The notes: a model not told the origin generated them from the sequence alone. Positions 19,701-31,139 are shown, numbered from the stretch's first letter. The stretch: 64,000 bases of DNA from an uncultured Acidobacteriota bacterium (GCA_963741955.1 CAVUKB010000005.1:672001-736000); one strand, 5' to 3'. Numbers and translations are program-made.

Positions 19701-19917
19701 GCCAGCGATCTCCGAACGAGAGGCGGAGCGCGCCCCGTTCTGTGCGTACAGCGCTTCGTTCTCTGGCGGTGGAGACCGGATCGTCGGGCTCGATCCGGGA
19801 CGGCTTCACCTCCGCACGATCCGACGGTGTAGATACGTAGCGTCGCACATAAACGTCGATGTGACAAGCGAGTGCGAACGGACCAGTGTGACGCGCAACG
19901 ACTTCAGGTACGCCCAG

Positions 19918-20034
19918 AGGTGGACGTCGTCGGACGTCGATCAGTCCGCGGAGCGGACGAAACATCTGTAGCCCAGGGCGGCAGCCCTGGGAATCGAAGC
20001 AGGGCTATGGGTGTGCCGTCCGCTTCGCGGACTC
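19918..20034. repeat. REPIN-like element, family B
   Basis: AGTCCGCGGAGCGGACG ... CGTCCGCTTCGCGGACT inverted ends enclosing CCCAGGGCGGCAGCCCTGGG. Confidence 0.75.
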
Positions 20035-20127
20035 CTCGAGACCAAGTTCGTTCGGCGGCACCACATAGCGCTCACGCCTTGAGCGACTCTTGTGACGTCG
20101 GCTCTGCAGACTGCGCCGCGCACCATG

Positions 20128-21357
20128 TCAGCGGTTCATCTTCGCGCCACGCATCTCCCCGCCCGCTTCGTCCGTCCAGTGGCGCTGGTCGGGGCGTTTC
20201 CGCGCTTTCTCGAACTCGTCACGAAGCCTGCCGAGGAGCTCTTCGCGACGCGCGTAGAGCTTCTTCGGTTTGCGCTTCTTCGCGCGGTCGAACGCGTAGG
20301 AGACGAGAAGAGGGAGGGCGATGGTGGAGTCGCCGTAGCAGACGACCGCGTCGGGAAGCGTGTCGGGGCGCACTTTGCCCCAGGAGACCGCCTCGCCCGG
20401 TGTGGCGCCGGAAAGACCCCCGGTGTCGGGGCGGGCATCGGTGAACTGGAGGAAGTAGTCGTGTCCTTCCTCGTCGATCATCAGCACTTCCTGAATCTGC
20501 GGTTCGGTCTGGAGCATGAAGTTCTTCGGGCTCCCGCCGCCGACGATGAGAACGCCCGACTTCCCCCCCTCGCGCTTCGCGTTGAGGACGATCGCGGCGG
20601 TCTCGTTCACGTCACGCGAGACGTCGAAGGAGAGCGTCGAACCGGCGAGCTGGAGGCCGGCGACGTTCATCCCGATCGACGAATCGCCCGGCGAGGAGGT
20701 GTAGATCGGAACCTTGTGCTGGTACGCGGCGGAGAGGACCGAGACCGTTCCGATGCCGAGCTTCTTCTCCGTCTCGTGGACGTATTTGCCGATGCGGTAG
20801 TGGAACTCCGCCGTCGACATCGGTCCGCTGAACTCAGGCTGGGAGAGGACGGTGCGGAAGTATCGGTCGGTGTCGAGCAGCACGTGGTAGTCGAACAGAA
20901 TGTCGTAGATCCTCACCACACCTTCGGCACGGAGCTTCGTGTCGTCGAGGAATGGCGAGCCGTAGTGGAGCTTCAGGCCGATCCCGAAGTGCGTGTCGTG
21001 GTAGAGATTCGCCCCGGTGGAGACGATCCAGTCGACGAAGCCGTTCTGAATCATGGGGATGATCACCGATTTTCCCAGTCCGGTCGGGGTCAGGGCTCCA
21101 GTGAGCGACATCCCGATGGTGCAATCTGCGGTGAGCATCTTCTCGGTGAAGAGTCGGCAGCCTTCGCGAAGCCTCCCGGCGTTGTAGGAGGTGAAGACCC
21201 GGTCGATCAGATCGGAGACTTTTTCTCCCTTTCCGATGGGGCCGGGATCGATTCGGGCTCCCTTCAGGTAAGCCGACTGCGACTCCGGGTGCTTCTCGTG
21301 TGTCTCGCTCTTCTTCGAGGACGTCTTCCGCTTCGGGTTCGGTGTGCGCGTGCCCAT
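20128..21357 (-). CDS. Deoxyhypusine synthase-like protein (probably homospermidine biosynthesis, SpeY-type)
   Basis: [40 protein letters not shown]. Confidence 0.88.
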   Translation of the reverse strand: MGTRTPNPKRKTSSKKSETHEKHPESQSAYLKGARIDPGPIGKGEKVSDLIDRVFTSYNAGRLREGCRLFTEKMLTADCTIGMSLTGALTPTGLGKSVIIPMIQNGFVDWIVSTGANLYHDTHFGIGLKLHYGSPFLDDTKLRAEGVVRIYDILFDYHVLLDTDRYFRTVLSQPEFSGPMSTAEFHYRIGKYVHETEKKLGIGTVSVLSAAYQHKVPIYTSSPGDSSIGMNVAGLQLAGSTLSFDVSRDVNETAAIVLNAKREGGKSGVLIVGGGSPKNFMLQTEPQIQEVLMIDEEGHDYFLQFTDARPDTGGLSGATPGEAVSWGKVRPDTLPDAVVCYGDSTIALPLLVSYAFDRAKKRKPKKLYARREELLGRLRDEFEKARKRPDQRHWTDEAGGEMRGAKMNR

Positions 21358-21444
21358 TCCGGTCGGTTCTCCCTTTCGCTCACCGGATCCTCCGGCCGCT
21401 CGACTCACGAGACGGCCGGCTGCGATCCGGAAAATCGAAGGGGA

Positions 21445-22170
21445 TTATAAGCTCCCGACCTTCTGATCGAGCTCGATTCCCGCGAGAATCTCCACCCGCT
21501 CGTGCGCGGACGCCGCCTTTTCGGTCGCGCCGACGCGCATCCAGGCGCCTTCGAGATTCGCCAGAACGCGCATCAGCGTCTCGCGCGCGCTCCAGGCCCG
21601 GAGGAATTCCTTCTGCAGCCTCCGCTTCCCGTCGGTGATGGCGTAGAGGAGCTTGTCGATGTCCGACATGCTCAGAGTGACGCCGATCTGGAACGGATCG
21701 ATGTAAACCGTGCTCAGGTCGATCTGGACCTGGACGATGTAGTGACCCGGAAGTCCGATCCCCGAGACCTTCAGCCCCATCCGCTGCGCCACGTGCATGA
21801 ACGCGATGGAGAGGGTGATCGGGATTCCGGTCTTCCTCTCGATGACCTCGTTCAACATCGAGTTGCGGACGTCGTAGTAGTCGGTGATGTTGCCACGAAA
21901 TCCTTCCGTGTCGAAGAACTCGGTCTGCAGATATCCGAGCTTGAAGCTCGCCGGATCGTTCTTTCCTCCCCGCGCCAGCGCCCGCTCGGCGATGCCGTCG
22001 AGACTCCTGAGCGCCGCGTCGACGTCGAGGTGGGGATACTCTTCGAGCGCGACGAGTAGAGCGCCACGCGCGAGATCGCCGTTTCCGAAATTCGAATCGG
22101 AGAGCTCGACGAAGCGTCTTCGCGCCTCCGTGGGGTGAACGTAAACTCTGTCATTCATAGAACTTTTCAC
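21445..22170 (-). CDS. SirB1/transglutaminase-like protein
   Basis: GFRGN..DYYD.RNS.LN.V..RKTGIPITL, GLPGH, IDPF. Confidence 0.85.
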   Translation of the reverse strand: MKSSMNDRVYVHPTEARRRFVELSDSNFGNGDLARGALLVALEEYPHLDVDAALRSLDGIAERALARGGKNDPASFKLGYLQTEFFDTEGFRGNITDYYDVRNSMLNEVIERKTGIPITLSIAFMHVAQRMGLKVSGIGLPGHYIVQVQIDLSTVYIDPFQIGVTLSMSDIDKLLYAITDGKRRLQKEFLRAWSARETLMRVLANLEGAWMRVGATEKAASAHERVEILAGIELDQKVGSL

Positions 22171-22202
22171 CTTCCAACCTACCGTCTCTGCATAATACGT
22201 GC

Positions 22203-22958
22203 GTGAAACCCGAGAAGACGGAAGCCATCGTGCTCCACACCTGGCCTGCGCGGGAACGCGACAAACTCGTGGTGTTCCTCACGCCCGGGTATGGAAAACG
22301 CAAAGGTTGGGCCTACGGAGCAAGATCGCTCAAGAGCCGCTTCGGTGCGGCTCTCGAGCCGCTCTCGAAGGTGGAGGTATCTTTTCTCGAGAAGGAATCG
22401 GAAGAGATCGTCAGGATCGAATCGGTCTCGCTGATCCGTTCCCTCTTCCCCGCCCAGCAGGATCTCGCCTCCAGCGTCGCGGCGACGTACCTCGCGGAAA
22501 TGATCGACGTCTTCGCTCAGCCCGACGACCCCTCGGAGCTCCTCTACCGCCTCCTCGACCGCGTCGGCGACGCTCTCCTCGCGCGCGTTCCCGTTCTCCC
22601 GCTGCTCGCCTATGCCGAGATCTGGGTCCTCAAGGTCACCGGAATCGTTCCTTCGACACGCGTCTGCATCGCGTGTGATCTTCCGCTCGAACGCCCGCTC
22701 CGCTACGACGACGAGCGCGGAGGATTCGTCTGTCCACGATGTGCGTCGCGGTCGCTCCCCCCCATTCCGAACGAGATCGCCGACGTCCTCGACGACCTCC
22801 TCCGATCACCGCTCGAGGAGTTCGCCCGCCGGGGCCACCCCGATTCGGCGATCAGCGAGATCCGTTCCTTCGCGCGCGCGCTTCGCCGTGCATTCCTCGG
22901 CCACGAGCTCAAGTCGCACGACATCGTCGAGTCGGTGCTGATCATGACGCGGAGATAG
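22203..22958 (+). CDS. recO: DNA repair protein RecO
   Basis: EAIVL...ERDK...LT...GK, SRFGAALEP, C-terminal CxxC...CxxC zinc motif. Confidence 0.93.
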   Translation: MKPEKTEAIVLHTWPARERDKLVVFLTPGYGKRKGWAYGARSLKSRFGAALEPLSKVEVSFLEKESEEIVRIESVSLIRSLFPAQQDLASSVAATYLAEMIDVFAQPDDPSELLYRLLDRVGDALLARVPVLPLLAYAEIWVLKVTGIVPSTRVCIACDLPLERPLRYDDERGGFVCPRCASRSLPPIPNEIADVLDDLLRSPLEEFARRGHPDSAISEIRSFARALRRAFLGHELKSHDIVESVLIMTRR

Positions 22959-22968
22959 GAGGGGGCGG

Positions 22969-23895
22969 GCCGAGGAGCGCCGGCATCCCTGCCGGCTCGT
23001 GACGAGCGCCCCGCGCTCGTCACCTCTCCTCGTGCCACGATCCGTACACCTGCACGAGGCGAGAATCGTTCTTTCCCCCGAGTTCCTCGCGGTCAGGCAC
23101 AGAGGCCTGACCGCAGCCGGCTTGAAGCCGGCGCCCCTTGAAACCCTGCCGAGGAGCGCCGGCATCCCTGCCGGCTCGTGACGAGCGCCCCGCGCTCGTC
23201 ACCTCTCCTCGTGCCACGATCCGTACACCTGCACGAGGCGAGAATCGTTCTTTCTCCCGAGTTCCTCGCGGTCAGGCACAGAGGCCTGACCGCAGCCGGC
23301 TTGAAGCCGGCGCCCCTTGAAACCCTGCCGAGGAGCGCCGGCATCCCTGCCGGCTCGTGACGAGCGCCCCGCGCTCGTCACCTCTCCTCGTGCCACGATC
23401 CGTACACCTGCACGAGGCGAGAATCGTTCTTTCTCCCGAGTTCCTCGCGGTCAGGCACAGAGGCCTGACCGCAGCCGGCTTGAAGCCGGCGCCCCTTGAA
23501 ACCCTGCCGAGGAGCGCCGGCATCCCTGCCGGCTCGTGACGAGCGCCCCGCGCTCGTCACCTCTCCTCGTGCCACGATCCGTACACCTGCACGAGGCAAG
23601 AATCGTTCTTTCTCCCGAGTTCCTCGCGGTCAGGCACAGAGGCCTGACCGCAGCCGGCTTGAAGCCGGCGCCCCTTGAAACCCTGCCGAGGAGCGCCGGC
23701 ATCCCTGCCGGCTCGTGACGAGCGCCCCGCGCTCGTCACCTCTCCTCGTGCCACGATCCGTACACCTGCACGAGGCGAGAATCGTTCTTTCTCCCGAGTT
23801 CCTCGCGGTCAGGCACAGAGGCCTGACCGCAGCCGGCTTGAAGCCGGCGCCCCTTTGCAACCCTGCCGAGGAGCGCCGGCATCCCTGCCGGCTCG
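22969..23895. repeat. Tandem BIME/REPIN array, 5 units of 179 bp plus a terminal REP
   Basis: Unit starts at 22969, 23148, 23327, 23506, 23685, 23865; units nearly identical. Confidence 0.97.
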
Positions 23896-23913
23896 CCCCG
23901 AAACGAACGTTCA

Positions 23914-24573
23914 CTACTTCGCGGTTCCGTAGAGCATCTCGCGAATCGCGTCGTCTCGAACTTCCACCCACCGCCAGTCGCGAAGTCCCGCCCTGGACGG
24001 ATTGTTCGCAATGTATCGGACTGTCTGCTCGAGATGTTTCGGACCTCTCATGAGTACGTCGAACGAGTCGTGCTGCCAGAACGGTCCCGAACGCCCGAGA
24101 ATCCGGTTGCACTCATTCGCAGAGAACGACTTCCACGAATGCAGCACTGAACCCTGCGTCCATCCGGCAAGCAATCGAAAAAGCGCGTGCACGTGATTCG
24201 GCATGATGCACCATGCCAGAAGTATGTACCGCACGCGATCGAAGTGTTTCAGCGTGTCGGCTATCACAGCGGCCGCCCGGACGTCCTTCAGGCAACAATC
24301 ACCGTATCCCTGGTCGAGCTCCCGCTGTTTTCGCTGGAAGAGGTATCGGGCGATCTGCCACTTCGCAGGCATCGACTCTTGCCTGCCTCTCAGCACCATT
24401 TCGCGTTCAAGCTGAATCCTCTCCTGCTCGATCTGATTCAGCACCGCTGAAGGGAGTGCATCGGAGAGACTGAACGTCTCGAAGTAGACTCCGTCCTTCG
24501 TATCCCAATGCGGCAAGCCGTTACGGCGGCGCATGGTCACATCGCCATAAACGAAAGGTGTTTCTTCTCGCAC
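23914..24573 (-). mobile_element. REP-associated tyrosine transposase (RAYT, IS200/IS605 Y1 HUH family); start GTG 24573 or ATG 24534
   Basis: LPHW, YFETF.L.D.LP, MPNHVH (HUH motif), WKSFSA, FWQ..SFD, YIANNP (catalytic Tyr); flanked by REP arrays. Confidence 0.93.
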
Positions 24574-24616
24574 GTGGGTCGTTGTACCTCGGTGGGCATC
24601 GCCCAGGCAATCCCTC

Positions 24617-25677
24617 GGAGCGCCGGCATCCCTGCCGGCTCGTGACGAGCGCCCCGCGCTCGTCACCTCTCCTCGTGCCACGATCCGTACACCTGCACGA
24701 GGCGAGAATCGTTCTTTCTCCCGAGTTCCTCGCGGTCAGGCACAGAGGCCTGACCGCAGCCGGCTTGAAGCCGGCGCCCCTTGAAACCCTGCCGAGGAGC
24801 GCCGGCATCCCTGCCGGCTCGTGACGAGCGCCCCGCGCTCGTCACCTCTCCTCGTGCCACGATCCGTACACCTGCACGAGGCGAGAATCGTTCTTTCTCC
24901 CGAGTTCCTCGCGGTCAGGCACAGAGGCCTGACCGCCGCCCGCTTGAAGCCGGCGCCCCTTGAAACCCTGCCGAGGAGCGCCGGCATCCCTGCCGGCTCG
25001 TGACGAGCGCCCCGCGCTCGTCACCTCTCCTCGTGCCACGATCCGTACACCTGCACGAGGCAAGAATCGTTCTTTCTCCCGAGTTCCTCGCGGTCAGGCA
25101 CAGAGGCCTGACCGCAGCCGGCTTGAAGCCGGCGCCCCTTGAAACCCTGCCGAGGAGCGCCGGCATCCCTGCCGGCTCGTGACGAGCGCCCCGCGCTCGT
25201 CACCTCTCCTCGTGCCACGATCCGTACACCTGCACGAGGCGAGAATCGTTCTTTCTCCCGAGTTCCTCGCGGTCAGGCACAGAGGCCTGACCGCAGCCGG
25301 CTTGAAGCCGGCGCCCCTTGAAACCCTGCCGAGGAGCGCCGGCATCCCTGCCGGCTCGTGACGAGCGCCCCGCGCTCGTCACCTCTCCTCGTGCCACGAT
25401 CCGTACACCTGCACGAGGCAAGAATCGTTCTTTCTCCCGAGTTCCTCGCGGTCAGGCACAGAGGCCTGACCGCAGCCGGCTTGAAGCCGGCGCCCCTTGA
25501 AACCCTGCCGAGGAGCGCCGGCATCACTGCCGGCTCGTAACGAGCGCCCCGCGCTCGTCACCTCTCCTCGTGCCACGATCCGTACACCTGCACGAGGCGA
25601 GAATCGTTCTTTCTCCCGAGTTCCTCGCGGTCAGGCACAGAGGCCTGACCGCAGCCGGCTTGAAGCCGGCGCCCCTT
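24617..25677. repeat. Tandem BIME/REPIN array, 6 units of 179 bp
   Basis: Unit starts near 24612, then 24791, 24970, 25149, 25328, 25507; same orientation as the left array. Confidence 0.97.
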
Positions 25678-25702
25678 TCAGCGACGCGGCGCCCCTCGGA
25701 GA

Positions 25703-27580
25703 TCAGAAGTCGAGGTTCTCCGTGATCCGCGTACCGTCCTTCGCGAACGCTTCGCGGTACTTCCGGATCCGCTTGCGGGCCACGCCGAGGTCGTGGTTGT
25801 CGAGATTGAGGTTGAGGAGATCGATGTACCAGGGGATCTTCACCGGACTGGTGACGATCGCCTCGACGATCGCGCGTGCGATCGGGAGCGTGGTTCCCTT
25901 CGAGTCGTCATGGACGTCGCGGTTGCTCGCGGTGAGGAGCTTCGCGGTCTCTTCTTCGATCAGACGCGAGAAGAGATCTTCCGTCAGTGCATCGCCCGCG
26001 CGGACGCCGGTCTCCGGATCATTCTCGGTGAACCGCGCATCTTTGTGCAGCCACTCCCAGAGGATGCTCGCACGGATCTCACCGGTGGCCATGTCCTCCA
26101 TCAGGTAGAGAACGTCTTCGTTGCCGAAGAAGTCGGCGGGCTTGAGTGCTGCAGCCTGGAATCCGCGTCCGAACGCATTGCCGTACTGGAGCGCGACGCT
26201 GAGGAGATCCCGCGCGCCACGCACCGTGCGCGGCGCCGGCTCGAGGAGGGTCAGGTCTTCCGCGTCATCCTCGGTGTAGGTCAGAGGCGGGAACTCGCGT
26301 CCCATCTGGTTCTCCTCCCCTACCTTCTCCCATACCGGGCGGACGATGTGCACCATCTTCCAGTGCGCCACCCACTTGCCGCTCGCCCCCTCGCGCTGCT
26401 CGCGCTCCGCCCCGGCGACCGCTTTCTTCATCCCCGCCTCGACGCCTCCCTTCGACCCGACCGGGATATTCGGTTCCATCCCTCCCTGCCAGAGCGCGAA
26501 ACGGCCGTTCCGGTCGGGCGTGTTCATCGCCCGCCGCACCCGGTCTTCGTAGATCCGCATGTAGCCGTACGTCATTCCGATCGCGTCGATGTTCGGATTC
26601 ACGAATGACGGATCCCACCACATCGCGTCGGCGACACTGTTGATGTAGTCCCAGCGACCGGTGTTGAACCCGACGAAGTGTCTACCGAAAGCCGCACGGA
26701 TCTCCATCAGCTGGAACGTCGCCTCGATCTGTTCGACCAGGACGTAGACCTTGATCGTGCCCGCCGGGAGCTTCAGATGCTCCTCGAGCTTCGACAGGAT
26801 GTCATTCCAGAGCGCCGCTTCTTCCGCGGTCTGGATCTTCGGCAGGTAGAGCACGATCGAACGCCCCTGGGATCTCAGCGGGCGGTAGTTGTTCACCACG
26901 TAGAGAACGGTGTCGACGATCGAGGCGGAGAATCCCGTGCCGTCCGCCTCCCGGATGTGACGGTCGTCGAGATGGAGCCCGCGTGCCCGGAAGATCCGGG
27001 TGGTGAAATCGAGCTGTTCTCTCCAGTCCGCGATGATGTCGTGGCCGAAGAACCCCTGCGCCCACCGGTTCATCTCCCCCGCGATCTTCTCGGCGACGGC
27101 GAGGAACTTCGCGTCCTTCGCGAGCGCGAGCTTCAGGTTCCGCTGGTTGTCGAGCGACATGGTGTCCACCTGACCCAGCGCGTCCTCCCCGTCGAACATC
27201 CATCCGTCCGCACCGGAGAGGAGCGCATACGCCACGTTCCTCAACCCGTCCTCGGTGGTCGATCGCGGACGCGTCGCCGGCCCGGTTCCCTGAATCCACT
27301 GCCGCTGCAGGTCGGGAGGTATCTCGCTTCCTTCGAAGTTGCCTTCGCGCGCGTCACGAACCTTGATGCCGGTGCGGGGTATGGTCGAGTCAGGATCGAG
27401 AAACCCGATCCGCTTCTTCGATCGCGCACGTTCCTGGCGTCGCGCGATCCGCTCGTTCATGATGCGCCGCCGTTCACGATTCAGAGGCACGAGAAGCTCC
27501 ATCGCGTCGACCGCCTCAGCGGTCAGGATGTCGGGGTAGGCTTCGGTCAGACGATCTCGAATCTCGAGCTTTCGCGGCAT
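25703..27580 (-). CDS. Malate synthase
   Basis: QGTGP, DGEDA, RARGLHL, LYLPK, LVE, FNTGRWDY, GKWVAH, LMEDMATGEI. Confidence 0.88.
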   Translation of the reverse strand: MPRKLEIRDRLTEAYPDILTAEAVDAMELLVPLNRERRRIMNERIARRQERARSKKRIGFLDPDSTIPRTGIKVRDAREGNFEGSEIPPDLQRQWIQGTGPATRPRSTTEDGLRNVAYALLSGADGWMFDGEDALGQVDTMSLDNQRNLKLALAKDAKFLAVAEKIAGEMNRWAQGFFGHDIIADWREQLDFTTRIFRARGLHLDDRHIREADGTGFSASIVDTVLYVVNNYRPLRSQGRSIVLYLPKIQTAEEAALWNDILSKLEEHLKLPAGTIKVYVLVEQIEATFQLMEIRAAFGRHFVGFNTGRWDYINSVADAMWWDPSFVNPNIDAIGMTYGYMRIYEDRVRRAMNTPDRNGRFALWQGGMEPNIPVGSKGGVEAGMKKAVAGAEREQREGASGKWVAHWKMVHIVRPVWEKVGEENQMGREFPPLTYTEDDAEDLTLLEPAPRTVRGARDLLSVALQYGNAFGRGFQAAALKPADFFGNEDVLYLMEDMATGEIRASILWEWLHKDARFTENDPETGVRAGDALTEDLFSRLIEEETAKLLTASNRDVHDDSKGTTLPIARAIVEAIVTSPVKIPWYIDLLNLNLDNHDLGVARKRIRKYREAFAKDGTRITENLDF

Positions 27581-27807
27581 GCAGGCACTCCTTCTCTGGA
27601 CTGGGTCGAGCTCCCGGCGCTTGCGGTGGTTCGATCGCGGTCCGAAGAGCTCGCGGAGATCCCGTTCGAAACCCGTGCCGATCTCAACGAGTGACCCTCC
27701 GGCCGGGCCGGGCGCCTTTGTTTATCACGATCCACGGTCCGCATGCACGCGAGGCGGACTCGTGCACGTTCCGGGTGGCCTCGGCGCGGCGAGCGCAGCG
27801 AGCCGAA

Positions 27808-27840
27808 AGGAGTGCGGATTTGTAATCCGCCGCGCAGATC
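27808..27840. repeat. Dispersed REP-like palindrome, family C
   Basis: AGGAGTGCGGATTTGTAATCCGCCGCGCAGATC; reverse-complement copy with 2 mismatches at 51086-51118. Confidence 0.7.
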
Positions 27841-27954
27841 GCGTTCGGAGCGGATCGTCACGGTGCCTGCCGCAAGAGGGAAAAAGTCCGTGCGGCCGGG
27901 ACGGTCGCACCACCGGTGGTGGTACGATGCCTCCATCTTCACCAGGATGGAACC

Positions 27955-28467
27955 ATGAAACGTGCGTTCGTCGCCGTCCGCGCCGTCGTCTACGCGTCCC
28001 TTTTCGTCTCCCTCTGGGTCTGGATCGCGATCCGCCTGCGGAGCCTCGATCCTTACCTCGTCCTGCGTCTCCCGTCGTGGGTGAGACCCATCGGTGGAGT
28101 CCTGGCACTCTGCGGACTCGCCATCGGCGTCGGATGTATCTACGCCTTCATCGCCTACGGACACGGCACGCCTGCGCCGTTCGATCCGCCTCGAGAGTTC
28201 GTCGCGGTCGGACCGTACCGTCTCGTCCGCAACCCGATGTACGTCGGAGGATTCGTGCTGATCCTCGGCGCGGGACTTTTCGTCCTCTCGCCCGCGATCG
28301 TCGCGCTGGCGTTCGTTCTCCTCGCCGTCACGCACGTGATGGTGGTGCTGGTCGAAGAGCCGGATCTGCAGCGCCGGTTCGGCGAGAGCTATCAGCGGTA
28401 TCGCGCATCGGTGAGGCGGTGGCTCCCCGCACCGCCGCGAAGCACGAGCGGCTCCGCTCTCGACTGA
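27955..28467 (+). CDS. Isoprenylcysteine carboxyl methyltransferase / PEMT-family membrane protein
   Basis: GTPAPFDPP...V..GPYR.VRNPMY, EEP.L..RFG..Y..Y. Confidence 0.88.
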   Translation: MKRAFVAVRAVVYASLFVSLWVWIAIRLRSLDPYLVLRLPSWVRPIGGVLALCGLAIGVGCIYAFIAYGHGTPAPFDPPREFVAVGPYRLVRNPMYVGGFVLILGAGLFVLSPAIVALAFVLLAVTHVMVVLVEEPDLQRRFGESYQRYRASVRRWLPAPPRSTSGSALD

Positions 28468-28475
28468 CGCGGCGG

Positions 28476-29036
28476 TCACCGCAGCGGAAGATAGCGCTCG
28501 ACCACGACCCGGCGGTGGTGCAGCTCATGCCCCGCGATGTGGAACGCGAGCCCCCGGGGAGTCGCCTGGTAGCCGTTCACCATCCCTCGCCGCAGCCACC
28601 CTTCGGGATCGAGTCCGCGGAACAGCGTGATCGACGCGTCCCTCACCGACCGGTATTCACCGATCACGTCGCCCAGGATGCGACGTTCGAAACCGGATGC
28701 TTCCATATAGGCGTTCTCGTCGAATCCGGGAAGAGGGGACGAGTCACCCCGCGCGATGCAGAGAGCGCGATAAGCAAAAATCCGCTCGTCGTCCGAGAGA
28801 TGGCCGAGGATCTGTTTGAGGGACCACTTCCCCGGAGCGTAGGTGAGATTGCTCTCTTCTTCGCTGAACCGTTCGAAGAGAGCGACAGTTTCATCGCGGA
28901 GCCTGGTGAGCACGGAGACCGCATCGTGGCCTTCGACCCGATCGATGTCCGGCTGGGCATATGCGGCGAATTCGCCGCTCGCGGGGCGGCCCGACTCCGC
29001 TCTCGAACTGTCGTCTCGCACGTTCACGAGGGCCAT
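28476..29036 (-). CDS. DinB-family protein
   Basis: YAPGKWS.KQILGHL.D.ERIF.YRAL, LPGFDEN, AGHELHH. Confidence 0.88.
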   Translation of the reverse strand: MALVNVRDDSSRAESGRPASGEFAAYAQPDIDRVEGHDAVSVLTRLRDETVALFERFSEEESNLTYAPGKWSLKQILGHLSDDERIFAYRALCIARGDSSPLPGFDENAYMEASGFERRILGDVIGEYRSVRDASITLFRGLDPEGWLRRGMVNGYQATPRGLAFHIAGHELHHRRVVVERYLPLR

Positions 29037-29109
29037 GAAAACGGTCCTCCCTTTTCGGGGTCCGGATGACGACATCCTGATTACCGGGAGCGCGACGTCC
29101 GCTGCTCTG

Positions 29110-29343
29110 TCAGACGGAAGCGTTCGGATCCGTCTCCAAGTTCTCCCGGTTCTCCGAATCGTCCGCGCCTTCCATCTCCGATTCAGTGTCCGCTTCAGCC
29201 GTCCCTTCGATGAAGGATGCCGTTCCATCGTCCGTCGTCTTCTCGCTCTTCCTCTGAGCGCGCCGTTCCGCTTTTCGCTCCCGGCGTTCTCGTTTCGACT
29301 GCTCGCGCTGGCGCTTCACGACGGATACCTGGGGTCTCGGCAT
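29110..29343 (-). CDS. Small hypothetical protein (basic N-terminus, acidic C-terminus)
   Basis: GGAGG RBS upstream; KRQRE..KRERRERKAERR pattern. Confidence 0.65.
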   Translation of the reverse strand: MPRPQVSVVKRQREQSKRERRERKAERRAQRKSEKTTDDGTASFIEGTAEADTESEMEGADDSENRENLETDPNASV

Positions 29344-29555
29344 CTTCACCTCCATAGGACAGAATCGGACGAGACAGGACCTGCTCCCGTCGCCGACTGT
29401 GTTGGTAATTTTGTTCAGGCGTGTCAGACGGCATGAGCTCGACGTCTGAAGTGCTGACGTTCGGTGCAACCACTCCGCAGCGATGTGAATTCCGATCGCG
29501 CGACGTCGAACGGTCGCCGGAGTGAGAATGGCCGGCGTGGAACGCAGGCGGGAGC

Positions 29556-31139
29556 TCACGAGCTCTTTTCTTCGTGATACTCCTCTTCGGTGTTGATCTC
29601 CCAGAGGTTCGACTTGTCGGTCCGACCCTCGACGATGTTGTCCACTGCGACCATCGCAGTCAGCATGGAGTGATCCTGGTTGTTGTAGCGGTGCATCCCG
29701 TTGCGACCGACCAGGAAGAGATTCTCGAACCGGTCGGTGAAGCTCCGGATCACGTCGAATCTCGGATACGTGCCGAAGTACGCGGGATACGTCTTCGGCA
29801 TCCGGAGAACCACGCTGTCGAGAACGTCGGACGGATCGACGATCCTGATGCGCGTCAGCTCCTCGACGCCGAGGGCGGCCATCTTATCGTCGTCCAGATT
29901 CCAGAGCGCGTCTCCCTGATTGCAGAAGTACTCGAGGCCGATCCAGACGCTCTCCGGATCGGCGACCATGTACGGGCTCCAGTTGTTGAAGATCTGGAGC
30001 CGTCCGAGCAGCACGTCCGGCTCCTGGATGTAGATCCAGTTGTCGCGGATCAGACTTCCGTCGGGCTCGGAGACGCGAAGGCGTTTCACCAGCAGCCCCA
30101 CCGCGACGAAGTCCCGGTACATCAGCCCTTCCGCGACCGACCGAACTTCTTCAGGGATGTCGAGATCCATCGCCGCGATCAGCTTCCGGACCGGCATGGA
30201 CGAAAAGACGTAGTCGCCGGAGAGCTCTCTCTCCTCACCCGTCTCGCGATTCCGCGCCCGGACGCCGCGGACGCGATTCGCTCCGTCGGTGAGAATGCCG
30301 ACCACCTCCCATCGGGTCAGGATCTCTCCCCCCGCTGCGGTGATCTTCCGGGCCACTTCGTCCCACATCTGCCCCGGACCGAGCTTCGGGTAAAGAAACT
30401 GTTCGATCAGCGAAGTCTCGACGTCCTTCTGCCGGACGTCCGCGCGGCGCGGGACGAGTTTCTTCAGGTAGTGAAGGATGACCTTCCGGATCGAGAGGCC
30501 CTTCACTCTCTGCGCTCCCCACTCGGCGCTGATCTGATCGCAGCTCACGCCCCACACCTTTTCGGTGTAGGACTTGAAGAACGTCTCGTAGAGCTCGCGT
30601 CCGAAACGGTTGATGAAGAACTGCTCGAGAGTCTTCTCTTCGCGGATCGGCATCAGCGTCGACCTGAGATACGACAGACCGATCCGGATCGTCCTCCACG
30701 GTCCGAGCTTCCTCAGTGTGTCGAACGAAAGTGTGATGGGATAGTCGAAGAACGTCCGGTTGAAGTAGATCCTCGAGCGGCGCGAACGGAGCAGCATCAC
30801 CCGATCCTCGGTTTCCGGATCCGGGCCCTCTTCCTCCGTGGTCAGATCGCGGGAGCCGCGGTGGTACGTGATCGTGGTCCGCCGTCCGTCGAGCCGCTGG
30901 AGAGGAAGGATGTCCATCCACCACTCCATGACCCGGTCCGACTTGGAGAAGAAGCGATGCCCCCCGATGTCGATGCGGTTGCCGTGGTGCTCGACGGTCC
31001 GGGAGATTCCCCCCATGTACGTGCTCTGCTCGAGCACCACCGGGCGGATGTCGCTTCGGCGGAGGAGCTCCAGTGCCGCGGTCAGACCAGCCGGGCCGGC
31101 TCCGATGATGATCGCGGTCTTCCGCTGCCGTTCACTCAT
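29556..31139 (-). CDS. NAD(P)/FAD-dependent oxidoreductase (UDP-galactopyranose mutase / protoporphyrinogen oxidase-like)
   Basis: [38 protein letters not shown]. Confidence 0.88.
   Translation of the reverse strand: MSERQRKTAIIIGAGPAGLTAALELLRRSDIRPVVLEQSTYMGGISRTVEHHGNRIDIGGHRFFSKSDRVMEWWMDILPLQRLDGRRTTITYHRGSRDLTTEEEGPDPETEDRVMLLRSRRSRIYFNRTFFDYPITLSFDTLRKLGPWRTIRIGLSYLRSTLMPIREEKTLEQFFINRFGRELYETFFKSYTEKVWGVSCDQISAEWGAQRVKGLSIRKVILHYLKKLVPRRADVRQKDVETSLIEQFLYPKLGPGQMWDEVARKITAAGGEILTRWEVVGILTDGANRVRGVRARNRETGEERELSGDYVFSSMPVRKLIAAMDLDIPEEVRSVAEGLMYRDFVAVGLLVKRLRVSEPDGSLIRDNWIYIQEPDVLLGRLQIFNNWSPYMVADPESVWIGLEYFCNQGDALWNLDDDKMAALGVEELTRIRIVDPSDVLDSVVLRMPKTYPAYFGTYPRFDVIRSFTDRFENLFLVGRNGMHRYNNQDHSMLTAMVAVDNIVEGRTDKSNLWEINTEEEYHEEKSS

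Noticed and set aside
22999-25576. Many 60-85 aa ORFs in the arrays, also those at 45086-45941 and 61470-62652
   Set aside because: They are periodic translations of palindromic repeats in several frames, with no RBS or protein-family motif.
22969-25677. CRISPR array interpretation of the 179-bp repeats
   Set aside because: Units are identical along their whole length with no unique spacers, and no cas genes are in the window. The same applies to the arrays at 45184, 55432 and 61430.
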